From contig NC_043023.1 of the NCBI RefSeq assembly GCF_006345805.1, positions 9,920,001 through 9,984,000 of the forward strand: a stretch of 64,000 nt of DNA. The letters are read 5' to 3'. Below, piece after piece: positions 24,602-37,582 of the stretch. Each line of letters opens with the position of its first letter. The stretch's first letter is position 1. The position numbers were made by a program, and so were the translations under genes. Under the pieces are notes generated by a model. The model saw nothing but the letters and a program-made list of their open reading frames with translations, had not been told where the DNA came from and searched no databases. The stretch comes from Octopus sinensis (lineage: Eukaryota).

Positions 24602-26344
24602 TGAGTGGCTGTGTGGTAAGTAGCTTGCTTCCGAACCACATGGTTCCGGGTTCAGTCCTACTGCGAGGCACCTTGGGCGAGTGTCTTCTACTATAGCCTC
24701 GGGCCGACCAAAGCCTTGTGAGTGGATTTGGTGGACGGAAACTGAAAGAAGCCCATCATATATATATATATATATATATAGGTGCAGGAGTGGCTGTGTG
24801 GTAAGTAGCTTGCTTACCAACCACATGGTTCCAAGTTCAGTTCCACTGCGAGGCACCTTGGACAAGTGTCTTCTATTATAGCCTCAGGCCGACCAAAGCC
24901 TTGTGAGTGGATTTGGTAGACGGAAACTGAAAGAAGCCTGTCGTATATATGTATATGTGTGTGTATTTGTGTGTCTGTGTTTGTCCCCCCGCCAACATCG
25001 CTTGCAACCGATGCTGGTGTGTTTACGTCCCAGTAACTTAGCAGTTCGGCAAAAGAGGCTGATAGAATAAGTACTAGGCTTACAAAGAATAAGTCCTGGG
25101 GTCGATATATATATATATATATAGGTGCAGGAGTGGCTATGTGGTAAGTAGCTTGCTTACCAACCACATGGTTCCAGGTTCAGTCCCACTGCATGGCACC
25201 TTGGGCAAGTCTCTTCTACTATAGCCTCGGGCCGACCAAAGCCTTGTGAGTGGATTTGATAGACGGAAACTGAAAGAAGCCTGTCGTATATATATATATA
25301 TGTATATATACATGTATGTGTTTGTGTGTCTGTGTTTGTCCCCCTAGCATTGCTTGACAACCGATGCTGGTGTGTTTACGTCTCAGTAACTTAGCAGTTC
25401 AGCAAAAGAGGCTGATAGAATAACTACTAGGCTTATAAAGAATAAGTCCTGCGGTCGATATGCTCGACTAAAGGCGGTGCTCCAGCATGGCCACAGTCAA
25501 ATGACTGAAACAAGTAAAAGAGTAAACTTAGCGGTTCGGCAAAAGAGACCGATAGAATAAGTACTAGGCTTACAAAGATTAAGTCCTGGGGTCGATTTGC
25601 TCGACTAAAGGCGGTGCTCCAGCATGGCTGCTGTCAAATGACTGAAACAAGTAAAAGAGTAAACTTAGCAGTTCGGCACAAGAGACCGATAGAATAAGTA
25701 CTAGGCTTACAAAGAATAAGTCCTGGGGTCGATTTGCTCGACTAAAGGCGGTGCTCCAGCATGGCCACAGTCAAATGACTGAAACAAGTAAAAGAGTAAA
25801 CTTAGCGGTTCGGCAAAAGAGACCGATAGAATAAGTACTAGGCTTACAAAGAATAAGTCCTGGGGTCGATTTGCTCGACTAAAGGCGGTGCTCCAGCATG
25901 GCTACAGTCAAATGACTGAAACAAGTAAAAGAGAAAACTTAGCGGTTCGGCAAAAGAGACCGATAGAATAAGTACTAGGCTTACAAAGAATAAGTCCTGG
26001 GGTCGATTTGCTCGACTAAAGGCGGTGCTCCAGCATGGCCACAGTCAAATGACTGAAACAAGTAAAAGAGTAAACTTAGCGGTTCGGCAAAAGAGACCGA
26101 TAGAATAAGTACTAGGCTTACAAAGAATAAGTCCTGGGGTCGATTTGCTCGACTAAAGGCAGTGCTCCAGCATGGCTGCTGTCAAATGACTGAAACAAGT
26201 AAAAGAGAAAACTTAGCGGTTCGGCAAAAGAGACCGATAGAATAAGTACTAGGCTTACAAAGAATAAGTCCTGGGGTCGATTTGCTCGACTAAAGGCGGT
26301 GCTCCAGCATGGCTGCAGTCAAATGACTGAAACAAGTAAAAGAG
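24602..26344 (+). repeat. SINE-1 cluster: three heads followed by about 7 tandem 137-bp tail units
   Basis: CTTAGC at 25390, 25527, 25664, 25801, 25938, 26075, 26212. Confidence 0.9.
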
Positions 26345-26603
26345 TATATCGAAATATATTTTTATACATTTCTGTGGATTATCTTAGTTTTATGAAGAAA
26401 CCCACAGATAAATGAACCTAAAACTAAAGATAGCCTTGCTTGTCATGCTACAGGTCTGAAGATGACTGCTATTTCCAGCACAATAAAGAACCAGCAGAGG
26501 ATGATCTACTTTTAAATTTGCTTAAAAGACAGAAGTAAAGATTTTCACAACAAATTTCGATAAAAATCAATACCAGCGGAAAGGTATTTCTACAAAATTT
26601 CAG

Positions 26604-29600
26604 GGCCCTTTCGGTTTGAACGGCAGTTTTTAAAATAATTTCTAGGTAACTAAAAAATTTTAAACTAGTATCGATCTACTGCATTTCAATCTGTTTAAGG
26701 GTTAGGGTTAAGGGTATCTTTTTTTCTTCAGAATTGTAAATAAACCCAATTTGTTTCTTAAACGAGGGACATATTCATACGGCACAGAATGTTTTTACCT
26801 CAATGGACATCATCGATTGGTTGAAATTGCAGAAATTGAAGAAAAAAAAACAACGAATATTTTATAAACTATAGACTTTTCTCAATAAAGCCAAGAGAAA
26901 AAGATGTTTTATAAACACATTCTACCAGTATAAGAAGTTTAAAAGTGTTTAGTTACGTGGAAATTATTTTTAAAAAACTGCCGGTCAAACCGAAAAGACC
27001 CAAATATCTTACAAACTATAGAATTTTTACCTCAATAGACGACATTGATTGGTTGAAATTGCAGAAATTGAAGAAAAAACAACAAATATCTTACAAACTG
27101 TAGAATTTTCTCAATAAAGCCAAGAGAAAACGATGTTTTATAAACACATTCTACCAGTATAAGAAGTTTAAAAGTGTTTAGTTACATGGAAATTATTTTT
27201 AAAAAACTGCCGGTCAAACCGAAAAGACCCAAATATCTTACAAACTATAGAATTTTTACCTCAATAGACGACATCGATTGGTTGAAATTGCAGAAATTGA
27301 AGAAAAAACAACAAATATCTTACAAACTATAGAATTTTCTCAATAAAGCCAAGAGAAAAAGATGTTTTATAAACACATTCTACCAGTATACGAAGTTTAA
27401 AAGTGTTTAGTTACGTGGAAATTATTTTAAAAAACTGCCGGTCAAACCGAAAACATCCCTCTTTCTTAAACGAGGGACATATTCATACGGCACAGAATGT
27501 GTTTTTTTACCTCAATAGACGTCATTGATTGGTTGAAATTGCAGAAATTGAAGCGAAAAAAAAACAACAAATATCATACAAACTATAGAATTTTCTCAAT
27601 AAAGCCAAGAGAAAAAGATGTTTTATAAACACATTCTACCAGTATACGAAGTTTAAAAGTGTTTAGTTACGGGGAAATCATTTTTAAAAACTGCCGGTCA
27701 AACCGAAAAGACCCAAATATCTTACAAACTATAGAATTTTCTCAATAAAGCCAAGAGAAAAAGATGTTTTATAAACACATTCTACCAGTATACGAAGTTT
27801 AAAAGTGTTTAGTTACGTGGAAATTATTTTTAAAAAACTGCCGGTCAAACCGAAAAGACCCAAATATCTTACAAACTATAGAATTTTCTCAATAAAGCCA
27901 AGAGAAAAAGATGTTTTATAAACACATTCTACCAGTATACGAAGTTTAAAAGTGTTTAGTTACGTGGAAATTATTTTAAAAAACTGCCGATCAAACCGAA
28001 AAGACCCAAATATCTTACAAACTATAGAATTTTTACCTCAATAGACGACATCGATTGGTTGAAATTGCAGAAATTGAAGAAAAAAAAACAACAAATATTT
28101 TATAAACTATAGACTTTTCTCAATAAAGCAAGAGAAAAAGATGTTTTAAAACACATTCTACCAGTATACGAAGTTTAAAAGTGTTTAGTTACGTGGAAAT
28201 TATTTTTAAAAAACTGCCGGTCAAACCGAAAAGACCCAAATATCTTACAAACTATAGAATTTTCTCAATAAAGCCAAGAGAAAAAGATGTTTTATAAACA
28301 CATCTACCAGTATACGAAGTTTAAAAGTGTTTAGTTACGTGGAAATTATTTTTAAAAAACTGCCGGTCAAACCGAAAAGACCCAAATATCTTACAAACTA
28401 TAGAATTTTTACCTCAATAGACGACATCGATTGGTTGAAATTGCAGAAATTGAAGAAAAAACAACAAATATCTTACAAACTATAGAATTTTCTCAATAAA
28501 GCCAAGAGAAAAAGATGTTTTATAAACACATTCTACCAGTATACGAAGTTTAAAAGTGTTTAGTTACGTGGAAATTATTTTAAAAAACTGCCGGTCAAAC
28601 CGAAAACATCCCTCTTTCTTAAACGAGGGACATATTCATACGGCACAGAATGTGTTTTTTTTACCTCAATAGACGTCATTGATTGGTTGAAATTGCAGAA
28701 ATTGAAGCGAAAAAAACAACAAATATCATACAAACTATAGAATTTTCTCAATAAAGCCAAGAGAAAATGATGTTTTATAAACACATTCTACCAGTATACG
28801 AAGTTTAAAAGTGTTTAGTTACGGGGAAATCATTTTAAAAAACTGCCGGTCAAACCGAAAAGACCCAAATATCTTACAAACTATAGAATTTTCTCAATAA
28901 AGCCAAGAGAAAAAGATGTTTTATAAACACATTCTACCAGTATACGAAGTTTAAAAGCGTTTAGTTACGTGGAAATTATTTTTAAAAACTGCCGGTCAAA
29001 CCGAAAAGACCCAAATATCTTACAAACTATAGAATTTTTACCTCAATAGACGACATCGATTGGTTGAAATTGCAGAAATTGAAGAAAAAACAACAAATAT
29101 CTTACAAACTATAGAATTTTCTCAATAAAGCCAAGAGAAAAAGATGTTTTATAAACACATTCTACCAGTATACGAAGTTTAAAAGTGTTTAGTTACGTGG
29201 AAATTATTTTAAAAAACTGCCGGTCAAACCGAAAACATCCCTCTTTCTTAAACGAGGGACATATTCATACGGCACAGAATGTGTTTCTTTACCTCAATAG
29301 ACGTCATTGATTGGTTGAAATTGCAGAAATTGAAGCGAAAAAAAACAACAATATCATACAAACTATAGAATTTTCTCAATAAAGCCAGAGAAAAAGATGT
29401 TTTATAAACACATTCTACTACCAGTATACGAAGTTTAAAAGTGTTTAGTTACGTGGAAATTATTTTAAAAAACTGCCGGTCAAACCGAAAACATCCCTCT
29501 TTCTTAAACGAGGGACATATTCATACGGCACAGAATGTGTTTTTTTACCTCAATAGACATCATTGATTGGTTGAAATTGCAGAAATTGAAGCGAAAAAAA

Positions 29601-30295
29601 CAACAAATATCATACAAACTATAGAATTTTCTCAATAAAGCCAAGAGAAAAAGATGTTTCATAAACACATTCTACCAGTATACGAAGTTAAAAGTGTTTA
29701 GTTACGTGGAAATTATTTTGAAAAACTGCCGTTCAAACCGAAAAGACCCAAATATCTTACAAACTATAGAATTTTCTCAATAAAGCCAGAGAAAAAGATG
29801 TTTTATAAACACATTCTACCAGTATACGAAGTTTAAAAGTGTTTAGTTACGTGGAAATTATTTTAAAAAACTGCCGGTCAAACCGAAAACATCCCTCTTT
29901 CTTAAACGAGGGACATATTCATACGGCACAGAATGTGTTTTTTTACCTCAATAGACATCATTGATTGGTTGAAATTGCAGAAATTGAAGCGAAAAAAAAC
30001 AACAAATATCATACAAACTATAGAATTTTCTCAATAAAGCCAAGAGAAAAAGATGTTTCATAAACACATTCTACCAGTATACGAAGTTTAAAAGTGTTTA
30101 GTTACGTGGAAATTATTTTGAAAAACTGCCGTTCAAACCGAAAAGACCCAAATATCTTACAAACTATAGAATTTTCTCATTAAAGCCAAGAGAAAAAGAT
30201 GTTTTATAAACACATTCTACCAGTATACGAAGTTTAAAAGTGTTTAGTTACGTGGAAATTATTTTGAAAAACTGCCGGTCAAACCGAAAAGATCT
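26604..30295. repeat. DNA-transposon-like element whose right end (with TIR) is repeated 17 times in ~144/229/256-bp units
   Basis: One left TIR GGGCCCTTTCGGTTTGAACGGCAGTTTTT; 17 copies of AAAAACTGCCGGTCAAACCGAAAA. Confidence 0.85.
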
Positions 30296-31254
30296 TTGTG
30301 TTTTATTTACTTTGTTTTAAAAAATTATTTGTTTTATGTATTATTTACTTTGCCAGGTAGTCGTTGTAGGATCAACTAGTCACGACTAGCTAGCGCGGAT
30401 GGGCGAGTACGCGAGTGCGCGCATCGGGACCACTGTTCTTAAATAGTACAAAGGAACTAAGTGAAAACTGAATCGGTGTTAATTAATAAGGCATTAAAAC
30501 AAAATGACTCTCCCTAGACACAACAAAATATGCTGCAACACACAAATCCACATAAAGAATCTTGCAATCCAAACCCCAAAACGAAATTAATGTGGTGCAC
30601 TTCAATCGGTTTCTTCTCATGTTAACTATTATGCTTATATTTTATTGGGGTCTTCGCTGCTACATTCCACCCGTATTCCTTTTTATTACGGGTGACTATG
30701 GCTTATACCGTACGATTTTCTTCTCATTTTACAAATAAATTTCCTCTATATCACATCTAACATCCGATAATAGGTTTTCACAAACAACAAACCAATATTT
30801 CAGTTTGGAAGTTATTATTTAAGACGAGGAAATATATTTTCCTAAAGTTTTTATGTTTTCGCTTCGAAATAATTACTGTGACACCGAGAAGTTCACAGAA
30901 TTCTATTAATTACATTGTTATTAGTAGTATTATTATCATCATTGTCAACTTACCGTATTCAGACAAAAACTGCAAATCACAGACCGATCACTAATTAGTC
31001 TAATTAATAATTTTCCGAAACTCCTCACACCAAAAGCACTTTCCTACAAAAGTTTTGTATATTCGGAATCTACATACTATAACAAATATTCGTAGAATAT
31101 TTAATTAAAGTTACGATCATCCAAAGTGGTGGGGCATGAATCTGTAGTTATGCCGGTTCTCCGTTCGTTTTTACTCGTTAATCACAACGTTTTCTTCTCA
31201 TTTTACAAATAAATTTCCTCTATATCACATCTAACATCCGATAATAGGTTTTCA

Positions 31255-31354
31255 NNNNNNNNNNNNNNNNNNNNNNNNNNNNNNNNNNNNNNNNNNNNNN
31301 NNNNNNNNNNNNNNNNNNNNNNNNNNNNNNNNNNNNNNNNNNNNNNNNNNNNNN
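31255..31354. other. Assembly gap (100 N)
   Basis: N run; sequence left of it re-starts a block already present at 30715-30780. Confidence 1.
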
Positions 31355-31399
31355 AGGTTCAAAACCCTTCATCAGAACTCCAAACATCCCACACAACTG

Positions 31400-32580
31400 G
31401 TTTTTGGACACTGTAAAAAAAAGAAATGGAAATTCCAGAAAACGAGTGAGTACGTATATGTGCCAACTGAACGAGATTTCAAACAACAGACGCGCCTCGA
31501 AATGTGCTCTTTATTGCTTTCTAGACTGGAAAAGACCATTTTTGCATCAAATCATTATTTGTAATGAGAGAAGGATATTCTTTGACAACGGCAGGAGAAC
31601 AGGACAGTGATTAAATGCAGGAGAATCATCTAAACACTACCCAAACCCACCATGTTGGTGGTCACTGTATGGAGGTCTGCGAAGGGAGTTATTCATTATT
31701 CACTTTTGCAGTAAGGAAAAACGGTAACAGCAGCATCGTATGGTCAGGAAATTGATTATATGCATGAGAATTTGGAAAAGAAAAAACCCAGCCCAGTGAA
31801 TAGAGATGGCCCAATTTTGCACGTCCTCACACTCCATAACCTACAGTCCAGTGGAGGCGCAATGGCCCAGTGGTTAGGGCAGCGGACTCGCGGTCATAGG
31901 ATCGCGGTTTCGATTCTCAGACCGGGCGTTGTGAGTGTTTATTGAGCGAAAACACCTAAAAGCTCCACGAGGCTCTGGCAGGGGATGGTGGTGATCCCTG
32001 CTGTACTCTTTCACCACAACTTTCTCTCACTCTTACTTCCTGTTTCTGTTGTACCTGTATTTCAAGGGGCCGGCCTTGTCACTCTCTGTGTCAGCCTGAA
32101 TATCCCGAGAAATACGTTACGGGTGCACGTGTCTGTGGAGTGCTCAGCCACTTACACGTTAATTTCACGAGCAGGCTGTTCCATTGATTCGGATCAACCG
32201 GAACCCTCATCGTCGTAACCGACGGAGTGCTTCTTCTAACCTACAGTCGAAAAGTTGAAAAGCCTGAATTATGAGATTTTGCAAGATCCGCCCCATTCCC
32301 CTGATATCTCTCCAACCGATCAGCATTTATTTAAGCATTTCGAGCTCTACATAAGCAATAAAACATTCTTAAATAGAGAAGAGGTAATTGAAGCAGTCGA
32401 ACAGTTTATCACAGCAAAAGATGAATTATTTTTAACGATGGAATGTATGACATAATGAAACTTTGGTTAAACGTCATAAATGAGCATGGATCATATTTTG
32501 ATTAAATAAATCAGTTCTCTAACACTTCTGAAACATTTTATTGTTATTTCAAATTCAACCATTTCATGTGAAGCAACCTA

Positions 32581-32581
<1 letters not shown>
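31400..32581 (+). mobile_element. Mariner transposon remnant
   Basis: PFLHQIIICNERRIFFDN and LQDPPHSPDISPTDQHLF (mariner TCDEKW.YDN and HPPYSPDLAPSD motifs); right TIR ...GCAACCTAA|TA. Confidence 0.85.
31849..32236 (+). mobile_element. SINE family 3 nested in a mariner remnant
   Basis: 12-bp TSD TAACCTACAGTC at 31837-31848 and 32237-32248. Confidence 0.92.
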
Positions 32582-32624
<43 letters not shown>

Positions 32625-32628
32625 ATAT

Positions 32629-32703
<75 letters not shown>

Positions 32704-32807
32704 CATATATATAATATATACATATATATATATATATACATATATATACATATATGTACATATATATATATATCTATACATATATTATATATATATACTA
32801 TATGTAC

Positions 32808-32848
<41 letters not shown>

Positions 32849-32882
32849 TATAATATTTATATATATAATATTATATATATAC

Positions 32883-32953
<71 letters not shown>

Positions 32954-33001
32954 ATACATATATATACATATATATTATATATATACTATATACATATATA
33001 C

Positions 33002-33032
<31 letters not shown>

Positions 33033-33076
33033 ATATATATATATATATATAATATATATATAATATATATATATAT
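32582..33076. repeat. Compound (TA)n/(TG)n microsatellite (others at 13030-13285, 13670-13798, 51350-51440, 51640-51715 pentamer, 54085-54395)
   Basis: Direct reading. Confidence 0.95.
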
Positions 33077-33169
33077 ATAGGGTGAGTTTACGAAAAAAAC
33101 AAAAGAAGAAGAAAGGTGTTGTACAAAACAAGCAGATGTATTAGTTTAACGCTCAGGAATAGAAAAATT

Positions 33170-33205
33170 CTTTTACGTTTCGGGCCTACGCTCTTCGACA
33201 GAAAG
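33170..33205 (-). ncRNA. Degenerate minimal hammerhead motif (Penelope-type)
   Basis: CUUU-CUGUCGA-A-GAGCGUAGGCCC-GAAAC-GUA-AAAG; core A6 changed to U and one stem II mismatch. Confidence 0.45.
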
Positions 33206-33516
33206 GGACACAGAAAAAACAAGGAGAGAAAAAAAATGTGTGTAGTGGCTAACGATCTAAAAATGAATGGCTTTATTTGTTGAGAATATTTACGTCATGA
33301 TTGACATAGATAAATAGTTACGTAAACAAAGACCAGACATTTCAATCTTATAGAAGAAAGCAAAATTGCATGTGACAAGTCTAAAAGATATAGCCTGCTG
33401 ATTAGTCCCTAGTTTTAAGGTAAGGCGGAAACAGTTTGTTCTTAATTCTTGTACTGGGAACCGATTCAAATGTAGCTCTGGGAATAGAGTAGTTTTACTA
33501 TGTTAAACGCACACAC

Positions 33517-33674
33517 AGGCTGTGGCTGTGTGGTAAGTAGCTTGCTAACCAACCACATGGTTCCGGGTTCAGTCCCACTGCGTGGCATCTTGGGCAAGTG
33601 TCTTCTGCTATAGCCCCGGGCCGACCAATGCCTTGTGAATGGATTTGGTAGACGGAAACTGAAAGAAGCCTGTC

Positions 33675-33708
<34 letters not shown>

Positions 33709-33898
33709 CTGTGTTTGTCCCCCTAGCATTGCTTGACAACCGATGCTAGTGTGTTTACGTCCCCGTCACTTAGCGGTTCGGCAAAAAAGACCAATAGAAT
33801 AAGTACTGGGCTTACAAAGAATAAGTCCCGGGGTCGATTTGCTCCAGTATGGCCGCAGTCAAATGACTGAAACAAGTAAAAGAGAGTAAAGAGTATAC
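33517..33898 (+). mobile_element. SINE family 1 (further copies: 34200-34420 -, 35120-35350 -, 37015-37485 -, 41962-42345 +, 44350-44780 -, 44955-45350 -)
   Basis: Same head, body and tail motifs. Confidence 0.85.
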
Positions 33899-35407
33899 AC
33901 ATACACACGCGCATATATATATCATTTGTGTGTGCGTGCGTATCTGTGTGTTTTGTGTGTGCGTGTTGATATAAATATGCATCAATAAATTCATGGCTCT
34001 AGTTGTAGTGTTCCCGCCTAACTTATGTATGATCCACGGATCCATAGATCAAGATATGTCTGCATCTTGCCATGGTGTGATCCATAGATAATTGCTGAAA
34101 TATATATGTCTCAACTTAGCTAATCAGCAGGCTGCACATTCCAATTTGCAGGATTTCTTTGTAACCTTTTGAGTATAATAAGCGGAGTAACACTCTTTCT
34201 CTTTTACTCTTTTACTCTTTTACTTGTTTCAGTCATTTGACTGCGGCCATGCTGCAGCACCGCCTTTGGTCGAGCAAATTGACCCTGGGACTTATTCTTT
34301 GTAAACCTAGTACTTATTCTATCAGTCTCTTTTGCCGAAACCCTACGTTAGGAGAAGAGAAATACATCAAGATCGGCTGTCAAGCGATGCTGGGGAGTAC
34401 AAACACAGACACAAAGACAAACACAAATATATACATACATATAAACACATACACACATATATACACACTTATATAATATATGTTATATATATGGCACTAC
34501 TTCATAAGCCAGCCCCAACTCAACTCGTCCTGTCGAAAGACCCTTGTCCTACGTCCTGGTTTTGTTTTGTTTTTTATCTTTACCGTTATTGTTTTTACGT
34601 TTTTGTATTCTTATTCGTGCTTTCCTTATTGTTGTGTCACGTATTCTGTATTTTTGTTCGTGTACTTCGTTCGTTTTCCGTCCTCGTGTAGTATACATTC
34701 GAAGCTTTCTTCCAAGGGATCTAATGCGCTTGGCTTAGATTTTCCTTTGGGGGGCCCAGATCGGAGCAATCTCAAGATAATCAGCCGAAATTGCGAAGAT
34801 GATCTGGTTCTTGACTGATGACTGAGGGCTTCGAATGTCCCGTCCTGTGGTTCTTGGTCGTCTCTTTGGTGTTTCATGTTCTTGTCCATGTCTGTATTAT
34901 TTTTTACTGTTTACATATATATATATATATATATAATTGATATAGGATAATTTTTTTTTTCGAGAAAAAAATGTTATCAATGGCCAGCATATCAAAACAT
35001 GCCTTTAAAGGTAAAATTTATACATAATTTACAAGATAAAGGCAAAAAAAAATTCTATGCCAGATATATATATGTTATATATACATACATATACATATAT
35101 GTATATACATATAAGCACACACAAGCAATGCTAGAGGGACACACAGACACACAAACATATACACATATATATATACATACATATATACGACAGGCTTCTT
35201 TCAGTTTCCGTCTACCAAACACACTCACAAGGTTTTGGTCGGCCCAAAGCTATAGCAGAAGACACTTGCCCAGGATGCCACGCAGTGGGACTGACCCGGA
35301 ACCATGCACTGGTAAACAAGCTACTTACCACACACCCACTCCTGCGCCTAGTAGCATCTAATCTAGAGAAAGAACGACTGCTCCGTTTATTAGCATCAGG
35401 AAGAACA

Positions 35408-35777
35408 TCTCTATATATAAACGCAGTTTGTCTGTGTGCGTGTCTGTGTGTCTGTTAGGTTGTACCCTCACCCTGACCACGGCTTTCAACCGATTCTGAT
35501 GAAACTTGACACACACATAGCCCAATGTCATAATTCAAAACTAACGCAGCGAAAATTTTGAAAAGTTCCCCCAGTTCTGAAAAAAATCGATAAATTCGAC
35601 ATGGGGTCGAGAATCAGAAACACGAACCACAAACTGTCTAGGGGACGCAACTCCACCTTTTTTAAATCTCAAAAAAAAATTTACCATCATTTTTTCCCAT
35701 TTTTTGGCTATAACTCTCTAAAAATGCTTTATAGTTATTTCCCTTACAAACCTGAGCAACGCGGGCGATACTGCTAG
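35408..35777 (+). mobile_element. Non-autonomous Helitron, same subfamily as 23845-24208
   Basis: A|TC start, CTAG|T end, shared internal sequence. Confidence 0.9.
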
Positions 35778-35839
35778 TTCAGCTATAAATAATACTTAGA
35801 AAAACTGAACTTTTCATTGCTTATTTAATGTGAGGTCTT

Positions 35840-35955
35840 TGAATCATTGTCTTCACCTGAGCCCTATATGAATCATTGTCTTCACCTGAGCCCTATATGA
35901 ATCATTGTCTTCACCTGAGCCCTATATGAATCCTTGTCTTCACCTGAGCCCTAAA
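35840..35955 (+). repeat. 29-bp tandem repeat x4 just upstream of the ankyrin first coding exon
   Basis: TGAATCATTGTCTTCACCTGAGCCCTATA repeated. Confidence 0.9.
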
Positions 35956-36005
35956 TGCAAATTATGTTTCCTTCATTCCTTTTCAGCACCTTTCAATAAA
36001 ACAGG

Positions 36006-36089
36006 ATGGCAACTGATTTGATTACGCAGAAAATTATGCAAATGAATCCTGACTATGTTAGCGAATTTTTAAAAAAGAATCCAAATAAA
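36006..36089 (+). CDS. Ankyrin-repeat gene, first coding exon (MATDLITQKIMQMNPDYVSEFLKKNPNK)
   Basis: Acceptor TTTTCAG ending 35986, ATG 36006, 28 codons, phase-0 donor GTAAGC at 36090; joins in frame to the phase-0 acceptor at 37583 giving NPNK-ITVPDKYGNTPLH. Confidence 0.7.
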
Positions 36090-36477
36090 GTAAGCTACTC
36101 TCCATATCGTGTTTTCAAGCTTTATTATATGCAGTTATTTTATTTTTTATCCTCAGGATTCAGGACTCCTGACTAATCACATAAATTTGTCCTTGACATT
36201 TCATTTCTTCCTTCACCTCCTTCCTCTTATCTTCATCATCATTACATTTTATAGATACTAAATTAAACCGCAAGGCGCGCCAGAGTTGATGGAATGTGAG
36301 TGTGAGAGAATCGTGGAATACTGGAATGCAGTATTGTGACAGGAAATATTCGATCCAAGAGATGAGAAACGGAAGGAGTCAATAGATGGGTGATAAATTT
36401 GTCAAGACGTTCTCAAGTTGAAGAGATTTACAGATGTCATGGTCAACACTGTGTCTTCTACAAAAGCTATCAAACAT

Positions 36478-36820
36478 GAAGGCGTCGAGCTGGCAAAATC
36501 GTTAGCAGCTCGGGCGAAATGCTGAGAGCGATTCCGTCAGCCGTTACGTTCTGAGTTCAAATTCCGGCGAGGTCGACTTTGCCTTTCATCCTTTCGGGGT
36601 CGATTAAATAAGTACCAGTTACGCACTGGAGTCGATATAATCGACTTAATCCGTTTGTCTGTCCTTGTTTGTCCCCTCTGTATTTAGCCCCTTGTGAGTA
36701 GTAAAGAAATAGGTATTTCGTCTGCTGCTATGTTCTGAGTTTTAATTCCGCTGAGGTCGACTTTGCCTTTCATTTTTCGGGGTCGATTAAATAAGTACCA
36801 GTTACGCTCTGGGGTCGATA
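36478..36820 (+). mobile_element. SINE family 2 in the ankyrin intron (other copies 43085-43290 -, 43578-44180 - with 3 bodies)
   Basis: Head GAGCTGGCAAAATCGTTAG, B box GAGTTCAAATTCC, body GGTCGACTTTGCCTTTCATCCTTTCGGGGTCGAT. Confidence 0.85.
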
Positions 36821-36840
36821 TGTATGTATATATATACATA

Positions 36841-36885
<45 letters not shown>

Positions 36886-37582
36886 TGCACACATACACGT
36901 GCGCGCACTATTTGTAGATATATATGCATATATATGTAGGTGCCCCTTTTTAAGCATAATTACAATATAAGCCTCACCTTTTTTACCATTTCTCCCGCAC
37001 CATCATTACTCCTACTCTTTTTCTCTTTTACTCTTTTACTTGTTTCAGTCGTTTGACTGCGGCCATGCTGGAGCACCGCCTTTAATCGAGCAACTCGACC
37101 CCGGGACTTATTCTTTGTAAGCCCAGTACTTATTCTATCGGTCTTTTTTGCCGAACCGCTAAGCAACGGGGACATAAACACAGCAGCATCGGTTGTCAAG
37201 CAATGCTAGGGGGACAAACACAGACACACAAACACACACACACACATATATATATATATACATATATACGAAGAGCTTCTTTCAGTTGGTAAACAAGCTA
37301 CTTACCACACAGCCACTCCTTGCCTATATACGACAGGCTTCTTTCAGTTTCCGTCTACCAAATCCACTCACAAGGCTTTGGTCGGCCTGAGGCTATAGTA
37401 GAAGACACTTGCCCATGGTGCCACGCAGTGGGACTGAACCCGGAACCATGTGGTTGGTAAACAAGCTACTTACCACACAGCCACACTTTTTCTTTTCACT
37501 TTGATTCACTTTTCTCTTTCTGTTTTGTTTTTCTATTCTTGTACCGAGGCATTATTTGTAATATGTCTTCTTTCTTTTTCAG

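Noticed and set aside
26695-26715. GGGTTAGGGTTAAGGG as an interstitial telomere
   Set aside because: Only about two units, inside a MITE-like element.
31180-31254. Third copy of the 30.7-kb block as a real duplication
   Set aside because: Abuts the gap; may be contig-end overlap.
31355-31381. CTGATGA plus a short stem on the minus strand as a hammerhead
   Set aside because: GAAA half would fall in the N gap, and the plus strand here reads as mariner transposase-derived sequence.
31849-31920. SINE heads as tRNA genes
   Set aside because: A/B boxes present but no closed cloverleaf, and they continue into SINE bodies with TSDs.
32564-33131. YIYIYI/VCVC ORFs here and at 13143-13493, 54004-54461
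   Set aside because: Translations of (TA)n/(TG)n microsatellites.
34490-34920. Insert between microsatellites containing CTGATGA
   Set aside because: No correctly placed GAAA or stems; left unclassified.
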